A stretch of 64,000 nt of DNA, taken from the NCBI GenBank assembly GCA_030706745.1, contig JAUZNX010000004.1:218152-282151 (forward strand), written 5' to 3'. The notes under the pieces are model-generated. The model was not told the DNA's origin. It did no database searches and saw only the letters and a program-made list of their open reading frames with translations. This document shows, piece by piece, positions 28,759-38,527 of this stretch; position 1 is the stretch's first letter, and each line of letters starts with the position of its first letter. The stretch comes from Bacteroidota bacterium (lineage in GTDB: Bacteria > Bacteroidota > Ignavibacteria > Palsa-1295). The position numbers and the translations under genes are program-made.

Positions 28759-31746
28759 ATGCCGGAGCCTCCCCACCCTGTTACAATCGAGAATCCGATC
28801 ATCAACTCGCCATACGTCGAGCCGAATCGGCACTTTAAGTTTGAAGATTACGGCATCACCGACACGATCGAGGATGGCCGTCGCACAAGCTCTTACTTCA
28901 TCCCAATCGCGAAGGCAAAGAAGAAGCAAGGATCGAAGCAGCTCATACTCGACACAGAGTGGACGCAAGACCGCATCGAAGAGAACAAACTGGTCAATGA
29001 CATTCGGCAGCGTGTTGCAATGTGGAGGAAGGGCGGATATGTTGGTGTCACGCCGGTTACGGCGCAACTGATCGAGTATTGGACTAACCCCGAGCGCGAT
29101 AAGAAATTATTCTTCTGCCAAAACGAGGCATTAGAGACCGCGATTTACATTGCTGAAGTTGCCAAGAAATTCAACGATGCATGGATAGAGAACCGGCTTC
29201 GCGAAGCGAACGACAGTTCTAATCCCGGACTGCCGAGAACGGCATTCAAGATGGCTACCGGTTCGGGTAAAACGGTGGTCATGGCGATGCTGATTGCCTG
29301 GCAAACGCTGAACAAGCGGGCCAATCCGCAAGACGCTCGCTTCTCCGACACGTTCCTGATCGTCACGCCGGGCATTACAATCCGCGACCGGCTGCGCGTG
29401 CTCATGCCGAACGATCCGGAGAATTACTATCGGCAGCGGGACATCATTCCCGCGCAAATGCAGGACTGGCTTGGGCAGGCGAAGATTCTCATTACGAACT
29501 TTCACGCTTTCCAACTCAAGGAAAAGATTGCGGCCGGTAAGATTACGAAGTCTATTCTCTCCGATGGCAAGCCGGGACTCTTTACCGAAACGCCAGACCA
29601 GATGGTGCGGCGGGTGTGCCGTGAGTTCGGAAACAAGAAGAACATCATCGTTCTGAACGATGAAGCGCACCACTGCTACCGGCGCAGGCCCGATGATGAG
29701 GATGAAGAGAAACTGACCGGGGACGACCGCACGGAAGCCAAGAGTCGCGAAGAAGAAGCTCGAATCTGGATTTCCGGCATCGAGGCGATTCAGGCGAAGA
29801 TCGGAGTAAAAGCGATTTACGATCTCTCCGCAACGCCGTTCTTCCTTCGCGGTTCGGGCTATCCCGAAGGCACGCTCTTCCCGTGGGTTGCCTCCGACTT
29901 CTCGCTCATCGACGCCATCGAGGCGGGAATCGTAAAAGTACCGCGCGTGCCGGTGGCCGATGACTCCATGACCGGCGATCAACCGACGTATCGCGATCTC
30001 TGGCTAAGGATTAGCAAGGACCTTCCGAAGAAAGGACGCAAAACCGAAGAGGCCGGAGCCGAGCCGAACCTTCCAGTTGAGCTGCAAGGAGCTTTGCATA
30101 GTCTCTACGGGAATTACGAGAAGTATTACCGGCTCTGGGAGCAGAACACGGAGGCTCGCGCACGAGGAATCACGCCGCCGGTCTTCATCGTGGTCTGCAA
30201 CAATACCAACGTTTCGAAATTAGTATTCGACTTTATCGCCGGTTGGGAAAAGAAGATTGGCGAAAAGAACATCGTGCAAGCTGGTCAGCTTGCGATATTC
30301 CGGAACGACGATGGCAATGGCGGCTGGCTTCAGAGGCCGAACACCATCCTTGTCGATAGCCATCAGCTTGAGTCTGGTGAATCCATGAGCGAGGAGTTCA
30401 AGAATATCGCTGCGCGCGAGATCGAGGAATTCAAAGCGGAATACCGGGTGCGATTTCCCGGGCGCGACGCCGAAAATCTGACCGACGAGGATTTGCTCCG
30501 CGAAGTGATGAACACCGTCGGCAAGGCCGGCAAATTGGGCGAGCACATCAAGTGCGTGGTGAGTGTATCCATGCTGACCGAAGGCTGGGACGCAAACACC
30601 GTAACGCACGTGCTTGGCGTTCGCGCGTTCGGCACGCAGCTACTTTGCGAGCAAGTGGTTGGGCGTGCGTTGCGGCGAATGAGTTACTTCCCGAATGACA
30701 AAGGCCACTTCAATCCCGAATATGCGGAGGTCTATGGCGTCCCGTTCTCATTCATTCCGACGAGCGGGGCGACGAAGGACCCGAAGCCGGGTCCGATCCC
30801 GACACGCGTGCGGGCACTCGAAGAGCGGTTGGGATGCGAGATCACATTCCCTCGTCTGCTCGGATACCGCTACGATCTGAGCGGTGAACAGCTTCACGCA
30901 ACGTTTAGCGAGGAATCACGGCTATCGCTTTCCACGGCTGACATTCCGACCATTACCGAGAATGCGCCAATCGTTGGAGAAACCAGCATTCACACACTGG
31001 AGGACCTACAGCGCCGCCGGCCAAACGAAGTCGCGTTCTTGCTTGCGAAGCTGACGCTCGAAAAATATTTCCGCGATGATGACGGAAACGGCAAACCCTG
31101 GCTCTTCCCGCAATTGCTCGCAATCACGAAACGATGGCTCGATGAGTGCGTGATCTGCAAGGACAACACCTTCCCTCAACTGCTGCTCCTCATCGAGTTC
31201 GCGCACGATGCCGCCGACCGAATCTACAAGGCCATCGTGGCTTCGAATGAAGGCACGGCAACGCTCAAGCCGATTCTGCGTCCATACGATACAATCGGTT
31301 CTACGAAGTATGTCGATTTCGACAGCACCAAACCAGTGTACCGGACGCGAGAAGACAAATGCCACATCTCACACGTGGTAGCGGATACGGATTCCTGGGA
31401 GCAGAAGATGGCGCAGTCGCTCGAAGACATGAAAGAAGTACGGCGCTACGTGAAGAATCAGAGTCTTGGTTTTACGATACCATATACGATCAATGGCGGA
31501 GGTCATGATTACAACCCGGACTTTATCGCATGTATTGATGATGGGCAGGACGATCTTCTGAACCTGATCGTCGAAGTGACAGGCGAAAAGAAGAAGGACA
31601 AACTTGCGAAAGTCTCCACAGCGAAGACGTTGTGGATTCCGGCGGTCAACAATCACGGCGGATTTGGCCGGTGGGCGTTTATCGAAATAGACGATCCCTG
31701 GAATGCGAAGAATACGATTCGAGAATTTTTGAAGAAACATGGCTAA
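28759..31746 (+). CDS. Type III restriction enzyme Res-like subunit (SF2 DEAH helicase, probable C-terminal nuclease)
   Basis: Helicase motif I ATGSGKT, motif II VLNDEAHH, TEGWDANTV and motif VI QVVGRALRR. About 995 aa. Overlaps the following methyltransferase gene by 8 nt. Confidence 0.7.
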   Translation: MPEPPHPVTIENPIINSPYVEPNRHFKFEDYGITDTIEDGRRTSSYFIPIAKAKKKQGSKQLILDTEWTQDRIEENKLVNDIRQRVAMWRKGGYVGVTPVTAQLIEYWTNPERDKKLFFCQNEALETAIYIAEVAKKFNDAWIENRLREANDSSNPGLPRTAFKMATGSGKTVVMAMLIAWQTLNKRANPQDARFSDTFLIVTPGITIRDRLRVLMPNDPENYYRQRDIIPAQMQDWLGQAKILITNFHAFQLKEKIAAGKITKSILSDGKPGLFTETPDQMVRRVCREFGNKKNIIVLNDEAHHCYRRRPDDEDEEKLTGDDRTEAKSREEEARIWISGIEAIQAKIGVKAIYDLSATPFFLRGSGYPEGTLFPWVASDFSLIDAIEAGIVKVPRVPVADDSMTGDQPTYRDLWLRISKDLPKKGRKTEEAGAEPNLPVELQGALHSLYGNYEKYYRLWEQNTEARARGITPPVFIVVCNNTNVSKLVFDFIAGWEKKIGEKNIVQAGQLAIFRNDDGNGGWLQRPNTILVDSHQLESGESMSEEFKNIAAREIEEFKAEYRVRFPGRDAENLTDEDLLREVMNTVGKAGKLGEHIKCVVSVSMLTEGWDANTVTHVLGVRAFGTQLLCEQVVGRALRRMSYFPNDKGHFNPEYAEVYGVPFSFIPTSGATKDPKPGPIPTRVRALEERLGCEITFPRLLGYRYDLSGEQLHATFSEESRLSLSTADIPTITENAPIVGETSIHTLEDLQRRRPNEVAFLLAKLTLEKYFRDDDGNGKPWLFPQLLAITKRWLDECVICKDNTFPQLLLLIEFAHDAADRIYKAIVASNEGTATLKPILRPYDTIGSTKYVDFDSTKPVYRTREDKCHISHVVADTDSWEQKMAQSLEDMKEVRRYVKNQSLGFTIPYTINGGGHDYNPDFIACIDDGQDDLLNLIVEVTGEKKKDKLAKVSTAKTLWIPAVNNHGGFGRWAFIEIDDPWNAKNTIREFLKKHG

Positions 31747-33046
31747 GAAACCGACCACCCCCACAAAAGTCGAATCCATTCGGCACAAGGATAAACGGAC
31801 GAACATCCCGACCGAAGAGCTGCGCGATTTCGTCACCGAGGACGAGGTGGCGCCGAAGACCATGCTCTATCCGCGCGACCCATCGCTCGATCCGCAGCTC
31901 GTCTGGAAGGGCAAGGACGAACAGGACCAGCAAGACCTCGCCGTCCCGGTCGTGCCGATTTACATTCAGGAGAAGATCCATCCGCAAGCCATTATCGACG
32001 CGCTGCCACGCATCGAGCGGGCGGAAGACGCGCCGAACCTCTTCGGCGATTTCAACGGAGGGCCAAAAGACTTCGAGCAAAAAGTCGAGTTCTACCAGCA
32101 CGAGCAGAACTGGACCAACCGTATGATCTTAGGCGATTCGCTCCTCGTAATGACTTCGCTCGCCGAAAAAGAAGGACTGAAAGGGAAAGTCCAGACCATC
32201 TATCTCGATCCGCCGTATGGGATTAAGTTTGGCTCCAACTGGCAGGTGAGCACGCGCAAACGCGATGTGAAAGATGGAAGCGCCGCCGACGTAACACGAC
32301 AACCAGAGCAAATTCGCGCATTTCGAGATACATGGAAATATGAGATTCATTCCTATCTCGCATATCTTCGTGATCGGTTGGTGGCTTCACGTGAACTTCT
32401 CACGGAGACGGGTAGCGTTTTCGTACAAATTGGTGACGAGAATGTTCATCTCGTCCGTTGCGTACTCGATGAAGTATTCGGAAGTGAGAACTTCGTCGGT
32501 GAGATCGCCTTCACAAAGACAGGTGGCTTCGGCTCGGAGTACATAACGGGCGTATTTGATGTGATTCTGTTTTATGCTAAGAACCGAAGCACGCTTAAGT
32601 ATCGGAAGCTCTATGTCGCTAAATCGGATACAAGGAGCGGACTGAGCAATTATGGGTTGCTTCTATTGAAAGATGGTACAACGCGCAACCTGTCGAAGGA
32701 AGAGAAAGAAGATCCGTCAATTATCCCTGCGGGATCAAGATTGTTTGGAGTGCATGCGCTGACCAGCGGCGGCGGTACCACCCTGCACCAGCCATTTGAG
32801 TTCGAGGGCACTGTGTACAACCTTAAACCAGGAGACAACTGGAAAGCAAGTTATCCTGTAGGCCTTAATCGCCTAGTCCTTGCGCAGCGTGTTGCCTCAA
32901 CTGCCAAGCGAGTCGGCTATGTCAGATACTTCGACGATTTCCCCCATGTTGAAATCAATAATCTGTGGACAGACACGAGGGGTGAAATGGACATTTCTTA
33001 TGTGGTTCAGACGAGTACGAAGATATTGAGCGTTGCGTCCTCTTGA
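31739..33046 (+). pseudogene. Type III-like mod N6/N4 DNA methyltransferase, N-terminal portion (motif IV DPPY plus target-recognition region), truncated by frameshift
   Basis: IYLDPPYG motif. Homology to beta-class methyltransferases continues to TSTKIL (resembling the PTQKPxxLL block). The frame then ends six codons later. Confidence 0.7.
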
Positions 33047-34347
33047 CGACCGACCCCGGGGATCTCGTTCTCGACCCAACGTGCGGAAGCGGCACGACGG
33101 CTTATGTTGCGGAGCAATGGGGCCGGAGATGGATCACGTGCGATACGAGCCGCGTGGCGCTGGCGCTTGCCCGCACACGCATGATGGGGGCGAAATATCC
33201 CTATTATCTGCTTGCCGATTCACAGGAAGGAATTAAGAAAGAGTCCGAACTGACGGGTAAGATGCCGCCGGAATACAAGACGGACGGCGACATCCGGAAG
33301 GGCTTCGTCTATAAGCGTGTGCCGCATGTTACGCTTAAATCCATTGCGAATAATCCGGACATCAAGGACGGAATGACGCGCCAGCAAATAGACGCTGCGA
33401 TTGCTCGCCACGCCGACAGCGAAACGCTTTACGATCAGCCTTACGAGGACAACAAGCGGGTGCGCGTGTGCGGGCCGTTTTCGGTCGAGAGCCTTTCGCC
33501 GCACCGTGTGCTTTCGACCGCGGAGGACGATCAGTCCGGCACGATGTCGGAAGAAGAGGCGAAGAAAGAACAAGACTTCGGGCAGATGATCTTGGACAAT
33601 CTCCGCAAGGCCGGCGTGCAGAACACACACAAAGCCGAGCGGCTTACATTCGACCGTTTGGATACCTACGCCGGCGCTTGGATTCAGGCTGCGGGTGAAT
33701 ACACGGATGCCGATGGCAAGACGCGGCGCGTTGCCGTCTCGATCGGCCCGGAGCATGGGACCGTGGGGCCACAGCAAGTGAAGGAAGCCGCGAAGGAAGC
33801 GGTGCAGGGCGTTGGGTTCGACATGCTGATCGTCTGCGGCTTCGCGTTCGATCCGCACGTTGCCGAAGAGACGAAGCGGTACGGCAAGCTCGTCGTCTGG
33901 CCTGCAAAGATGAACCCCGATCTTGCGATGGGCGATGAGTTACTGAAGAAGACCGGCGCGGGAAATTTGTTTATGGTCTTCGGCGAGCCGGATGTCCAAA
34001 TCACAAAGCAGAAGGACGGAAAGCTTGTTGCGGAGATCAAAGGCGTGGACGTGTACGACCCGACGACCGGGGCGATCCGCAACTCCTCGACGGACGACAT
34101 TGCGTGCTGGTTCATCGACACGGATTACAATGGCGAGAGCTTCTTCGTCCGCCACGCCTATTTCACCGGCGCGGAAGAACCCTACGATAAGCTGAAGCGC
34201 GCACTCCGCGCGGACATAGATGAATCGGCCTGGAGCACGCTCTACAGCACCACGAGCCGCCCATTCCCAAAACCGGAAACCGGAAAGATCGCCGTGAAGG
34301 TGATCAACCATTATGGGGATGAGGTGCTGAAAGTATTTCCAGTTTAG
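32986..34347 (+). pseudogene. Type III-like mod methyltransferase, C-terminal portion (motif I FxGxG plus long C-terminal extension) in a different frame
   Basis: The frame opens after the stop at 32983-85 and reads [24 protein letters not shown] (SAM-binding motif I). No ATG near the start; the first start-like codon is TTG at 33043. Confidence 0.7.
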
Positions 34348-34636
34348 CCATCAAAAAAAACTTCGTGAATTCTTTGATGGGCACCTTGCGCGCGGGGTGA
34401 GGAATGTTGTATGTTGTTCAGCAAGTGATAGGCACCAAGCTGGGGGAAAAGGATGAAGGATGAAGGCGGAGCAGGCCAGTTAGCTCATTGACAACTTAGG
34501 CGATTTCACGCAAATGGAGAGGGCGTTCATTAAATGACAATTCAAAAGAGAGAAAATCGCTTCAAGGAGAAAGAAGCGATGAATGCATTCTGGCGGAGGC
34601 ACACTCCGTGAACTTCAAACGAACGGAGGCTGAAAA

Positions 34637-35200
34637 CTATTGGAGCGCCTTCTCGATCCTCGCGGTCACATCCTCGACCGGCCCGAGTCCATCGACCGGC
34701 AGGACTTTGCGCTTCGTTTGGTAGTAGGTCTTGACCGGCTCGGTCTGGGTGTTATAGACATCGAGGCGGTGTCGAATGGTCTCGGGGGTGTCGTCCTTGC
34801 GTCCTTGTTCGAGTCCGCGATTGACCATGCGGTTGATCAGCTCCTGGTCCGGCGCGGTGAGAATGACGATGCGGACATCGGCGATGCCGAGTTCGGTGAA
34901 GAGATTATCGAGCGCGCGGGCCTGCTCAACGGTGCGTGGGAATCCATCGAGCAGGAATCCTCTGGACTTCTCGCGATTGGCTTCGAGGACTTCGCGGACG
35001 AGTCCGATGATAATATCATCGGGCACGAGCGCGCCTTTTTCGACGAAGCTTTTGGCTGTCCGGCCAAGAGCGGAGCCTTCAGCGATGGCGCTGCGAAGAA
35101 TATCGCCGGTGGAGATGTGGACGAGGTTATGGCTGGCGGCAAGTCGCGAGGCTTGTGTGCCTTTGCCGGCGCCCGGAGGACCAAAGAGAATGATATTCAT
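34637..35200 (-). CDS. adk: adenylate kinase
   Basis: P-loop GPPGAGKGTQA, NMP-binding and LID regions. Start set at the MNIILFGPPG ATG. Confidence 0.9.
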   Translation of the reverse strand: MNIILFGPPGAGKGTQASRLAASHNLVHISTGDILRSAIAEGSALGRTAKSFVEKGALVPDDIIIGLVREVLEANREKSRGFLLDGFPRTVEQARALDNLFTELGIADVRIVILTAPDQELINRMVNRGLEQGRKDDTPETIRHRLDVYNTQTEPVKTYYQTKRKVLPVDGLGPVEDVTARIEKALQ

Positions 35201-35218
35201 GGGGTCGATAACAGAGGG

Positions 35219-35284
35219 CATAGGGTATAGGGTTTAGGCTATGAAAGCAAAATAATACCCTAAACCCTCTACCCTATACCCTAT
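35219..35284. promoter_or_regulatory. interrupted inverted repeat in the adk / T9SS-cargo divergent promoter region
   Basis: Left arm catagggtatagggtttagg. Right arm is its reverse complement with a 7-nt insertion (cctaaaccctctaccctataccctatg). 19-nt spacer. Confidence 0.5.
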
Positions 35285-35295
35285 GTTACGATACA

Positions 35296-36408
35296 ATGCG
35301 TCTCTTATCTACGGCCTTCATCGTAGGGTCCCTGTTCCTCTCCGGTCTGGTTTCTGCGCAACCAAAACCGGTTGCGAGCAAGGACACCCTGAATTTCGGT
35401 CCGGTCGTGCTGCGCGATTCGAAAGTGCTTTTTCTATCGGTCCGAAATACCGGGAGCGTATCCATCGCATACGGTGGATTTGTCGGACCATTCGGCGCTG
35501 ATTTTAGAATGACGCCTGTCAGCTATAAGCCAGTGCTCGATCCGGATAGTGCCATCGGATTCAACGTGACCTTCTCACCCCAGACGATCACAGCGAATCA
35601 TATCCATCGGGACTCCGTCGAGTTTCAGTTTAGCGGTCTGCCGAATATCGTCGTGCAACTGGTTGGCGAGGATCACGTCCCAATAATGGATACGGTGGCG
35701 ATTGACGATACATTTCTTGGCTTTGCGGGTCAGATCATCCGGATTCCACAACGTCTAGTTGGATCACTCGCCGGAGCACTCGACTCGATCTATGGCTTTA
35801 GCGAACTGGTGACCTACGATCCGCAAGTTCTGGCATTCCAGCGAGTGTTTCCGGGGGCATGTCTCAAGGGATGGCAAGTTGCTGCGTATCAAACCATACT
35901 CGGTCAGGTCCCTATCCGAGGTAATTCCGGCGGAACGGGGATGATCGGTCCGGGAGAGTTCATCACTCTGCAATTTCAAGTCATCTCTACAGCGAAGACA
36001 TTTCAATGGACTTCGATTCGGCAAGATAGCCTCGTCTTTGGTCTTGGCTTCGAACCATTGATGTCGAGCGATCCTGGGAAAGCGACCGTGATCGATTCGT
36101 GCACGAGCGTCACCGGTTCTGCCCATGCTCCGGGAACGATGATTATGCAGAATGTTCCGAATCCATTTTTCTCGGAGACGACCTTTACGTTTCAGGTTGG
36201 TTCTATGCCTGGCGAGACTGGAAGTCATGTCAGTATTCGGCTATATGACTCGCGGGGTCAGTTGGTCGCAAACCCGGTGGATCAGGATTGCCCGATGGGT
36301 ACGCATACCGCCACAATGCCGCGCGGTAATCTTTCGGCGGGGGTCTACACGTGTGTCTTTGAGGCGGGTTCGTATCGGACTATCCGAAAAGTCGTCGTTA
36401 TGCCGTAG
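35296..36408 (+). CDS. secreted protein with a T9SS C-terminal sorting domain
   Basis: Signal peptide (MRLLSTAFIVGSLFLSGLVSAQ). C-terminal NVPNPFFSETTFTF...IRLYDSRGQLV...GVYTCVF...RKVVV. Confidence 0.65.
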   Translation: MRLLSTAFIVGSLFLSGLVSAQPKPVASKDTLNFGPVVLRDSKVLFLSVRNTGSVSIAYGGFVGPFGADFRMTPVSYKPVLDPDSAIGFNVTFSPQTITANHIHRDSVEFQFSGLPNIVVQLVGEDHVPIMDTVAIDDTFLGFAGQIIRIPQRLVGSLAGALDSIYGFSELVTYDPQVLAFQRVFPGACLKGWQVAAYQTILGQVPIRGNSGGTGMIGPGEFITLQFQVISTAKTFQWTSIRQDSLVFGLGFEPLMSSDPGKATVIDSCTSVTGSAHAPGTMIMQNVPNPFFSETTFTFQVGSMPGETGSHVSIRLYDSRGQLVANPVDQDCPMGTHTATMPRGNLSAGVYTCVFEAGSYRTIRKVVVMP

Positions 36409-36512
36409 TCGGGCCGTCAAGCCCGGCATTCGAAACCGATAATGACGGTTGCGAGTTGGTAATAACGATGCCTCTCACTGGTCGCACAATGTTTGCAGGA
36501 GTACGTTCGCGA

Positions 36513-38456
36513 ATGTCGCTTCGCTCACTTTTTTCTATTTGTATTTACGCCGTGATGCTCATCACGGTTTCCTCACTGCGCGCACAAATTCCGGATGATG
36601 ACCGGCAAGCGCCGCCACTCAGTCCGCAGGAATATGCGCAGAAGCTACGTTTAGCTGAGGTCTATGAAGAGACCCATGATGTACAAAATGCAGCGCGCGT
36701 TTACGAGGAGTTATATCATACAAATCCTTCGGACCAGATCGTGTTCGAAGGCTTGACGCGCTGCCTCGTCTATCTCAAGAAGTTCGATGAAGCAGAGAAG
36801 ATCGTTTCTTACCGGCTTGCGAAGGATGGCTCATCCGATGTGCTGCTGCTCTGGGCGCGGCTCGAAGCACGATTGAACAAGCGCACTGAAGCGCTCGATG
36901 CATTTCATAAGGCAGAGGAGGCAATGCACGCGACCGATTGTAGTCAGCTATTTCCGATTGTCTATGCCATGATGGATGTCTCCTACAATCAGGAGGCGAT
37001 GCAAGTGCTCGATCGAATGCGAAAGCTTGCGACCAACGATGCAGAGGTATGTTCAAGCCAGATTGCCGGACTCTATCTCCGATTAGGGGATTTCGATCGC
37101 GCGGCGACCGAGTTTGTCGGAATTCTGAAAGGGGGAGAGGCGAACCTCGGGATGGTTGAGCAGCGGCTCGCAGAATATACCACCGACTCGATGTCGCGCA
37201 CGGCAGTGTTGGGCTCGCTCGAGCGCGCAATTCACGCGGCGAGCTCGGATGGCGAGCCAGCGGTTGCCAATCTCCGCCTGCTCTCCTGGCTATATCAGGA
37301 GAAGAAGGATTACGCGAAGGCGCTTCAAACGATGACCCAACTGGATGGCCTCGCAGCCAACGCAGGCTCCGACCATACAATGCAAGGATTTGAACTCCTG
37401 CAATTTGCTGATCGGGTTCGGAACGAGGGTGCTCTGGACGTTGCCGTTAAGGCGTATCGAGAAGCGCTGAAGCGGCTCGAATCCAGCAGCAGTGCCCGGA
37501 ATAATTACTTCATCCAGCAGGCTCAGTTGGGGTCATTGAAGACGGAGGATGCCTATTACTCTATGCTTGGCTCCCCAAAGGATTCCATGCGGACGCTCAT
37601 CATTGGCTACGAGGACTTTGCTGCAAAACCCGCAGCGGGCGGTATGACCGAACTGGCGCTCGATGCGCTGACACATGCCGGACAGATTGCTTTCCATGTT
37701 CTATTCGATCTGGACCGCGCAACGAAGGATTATGAGTCGGCGATTACGCTCTCTCATGGCGTGAGCGAGCCGATGCAGCGGGCGGCATTTGGTCTTGTGG
37801 ATATCGCATTCGCGAAACAGGAGTTTCCGCTCGCCGAGCGCCGGTTGCAGACGATCGAGCATGCGCTGGCCCAACGTGCGACACCATCGGACAAAGAAGT
37901 GCGGAATCACATTTTGTATGACCGCGCGCTTTCCAATTACTATCAGGACAATTTCGATACATCACTGGCACAAGCGCAATCCGTCGCGAACGATGCCGGA
38001 AGCGATTTCGCGAATGATGCGATTCAGCTTTCGGGATTGATCGAGGAGAATGTTAATCCGGCGAACCGCCCGGCTCTAGCTGCTTATGCGAAGGCTGCTC
38101 TTGCAGAGGTCAGCCGGCGTTACGATACGGCTCAACTCGGTTATGCGAGTGTTGCGCAGCTATTTCCAAGTTCTCCCCTGGCCGATGATGCCACGATCCG
38201 ATCCGCCGAGGTACTCGTGAAGTTAGGGAAAGCACAGGAAGCGGTTGGGGTGCTCGATACGATGCAAGAGACGATGCTGAAGAGTCCGCTACTCGATGTC
38301 GCCGCATTTCGCGCTGCCGAAATCACCGAAAAAGATTTACATGACAAAGCGCACGCGCAAAAACGATACGAAGATTTTCTCGCGCGCTATCCTTCTTCGA
38401 CGTTTACCGAAACCGCCAGAGAGCGAGCCCGCAAGTTGCGAGGTGATGCATTCTGA
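36513..38456 (+). CDS. secreted tetratricopeptide-repeat (TPR) protein
   Basis: Internal Met gives a signal peptide. Multiple TPR-like helical repeats (A..Y.EAL.. pattern) throughout. Confidence 0.65.
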   Translation: MSLRSLFSICIYAVMLITVSSLRAQIPDDDRQAPPLSPQEYAQKLRLAEVYEETHDVQNAARVYEELYHTNPSDQIVFEGLTRCLVYLKKFDEAEKIVSYRLAKDGSSDVLLLWARLEARLNKRTEALDAFHKAEEAMHATDCSQLFPIVYAMMDVSYNQEAMQVLDRMRKLATNDAEVCSSQIAGLYLRLGDFDRAATEFVGILKGGEANLGMVEQRLAEYTTDSMSRTAVLGSLERAIHAASSDGEPAVANLRLLSWLYQEKKDYAKALQTMTQLDGLAANAGSDHTMQGFELLQFADRVRNEGALDVAVKAYREALKRLESSSSARNNYFIQQAQLGSLKTEDAYYSMLGSPKDSMRTLIIGYEDFAAKPAAGGMTELALDALTHAGQIAFHVLFDLDRATKDYESAITLSHGVSEPMQRAAFGLVDIAFAKQEFPLAERRLQTIEHALAQRATPSDKEVRNHILYDRALSNYYQDNFDTSLAQAQSVANDAGSDFANDAIQLSGLIEENVNPANRPALAAYAKAALAEVSRRYDTAQLGYASVAQLFPSSPLADDATIRSAEVLVKLGKAQEAVGVLDTMQETMLKSPLLDVAAFRAAEITEKDLHDKAHAQKRYEDFLARYPSSTFTETARERARKLRGDAF

Positions 38457-38527
38457 ACCGTGAGTTATACGGATGATGCGAATTCCGCGGATTGATTGTA
38501 CGGATTGTATTGCTTCCGCTTGAGACT

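Noticed and set aside
35225-35270. TTAGGG / CCCTAA telomere-like units inside the adk inverted repeat
   Set aside because: Only one or two units, within a palindrome; coincidental resemblance in a bacterial chromosome.
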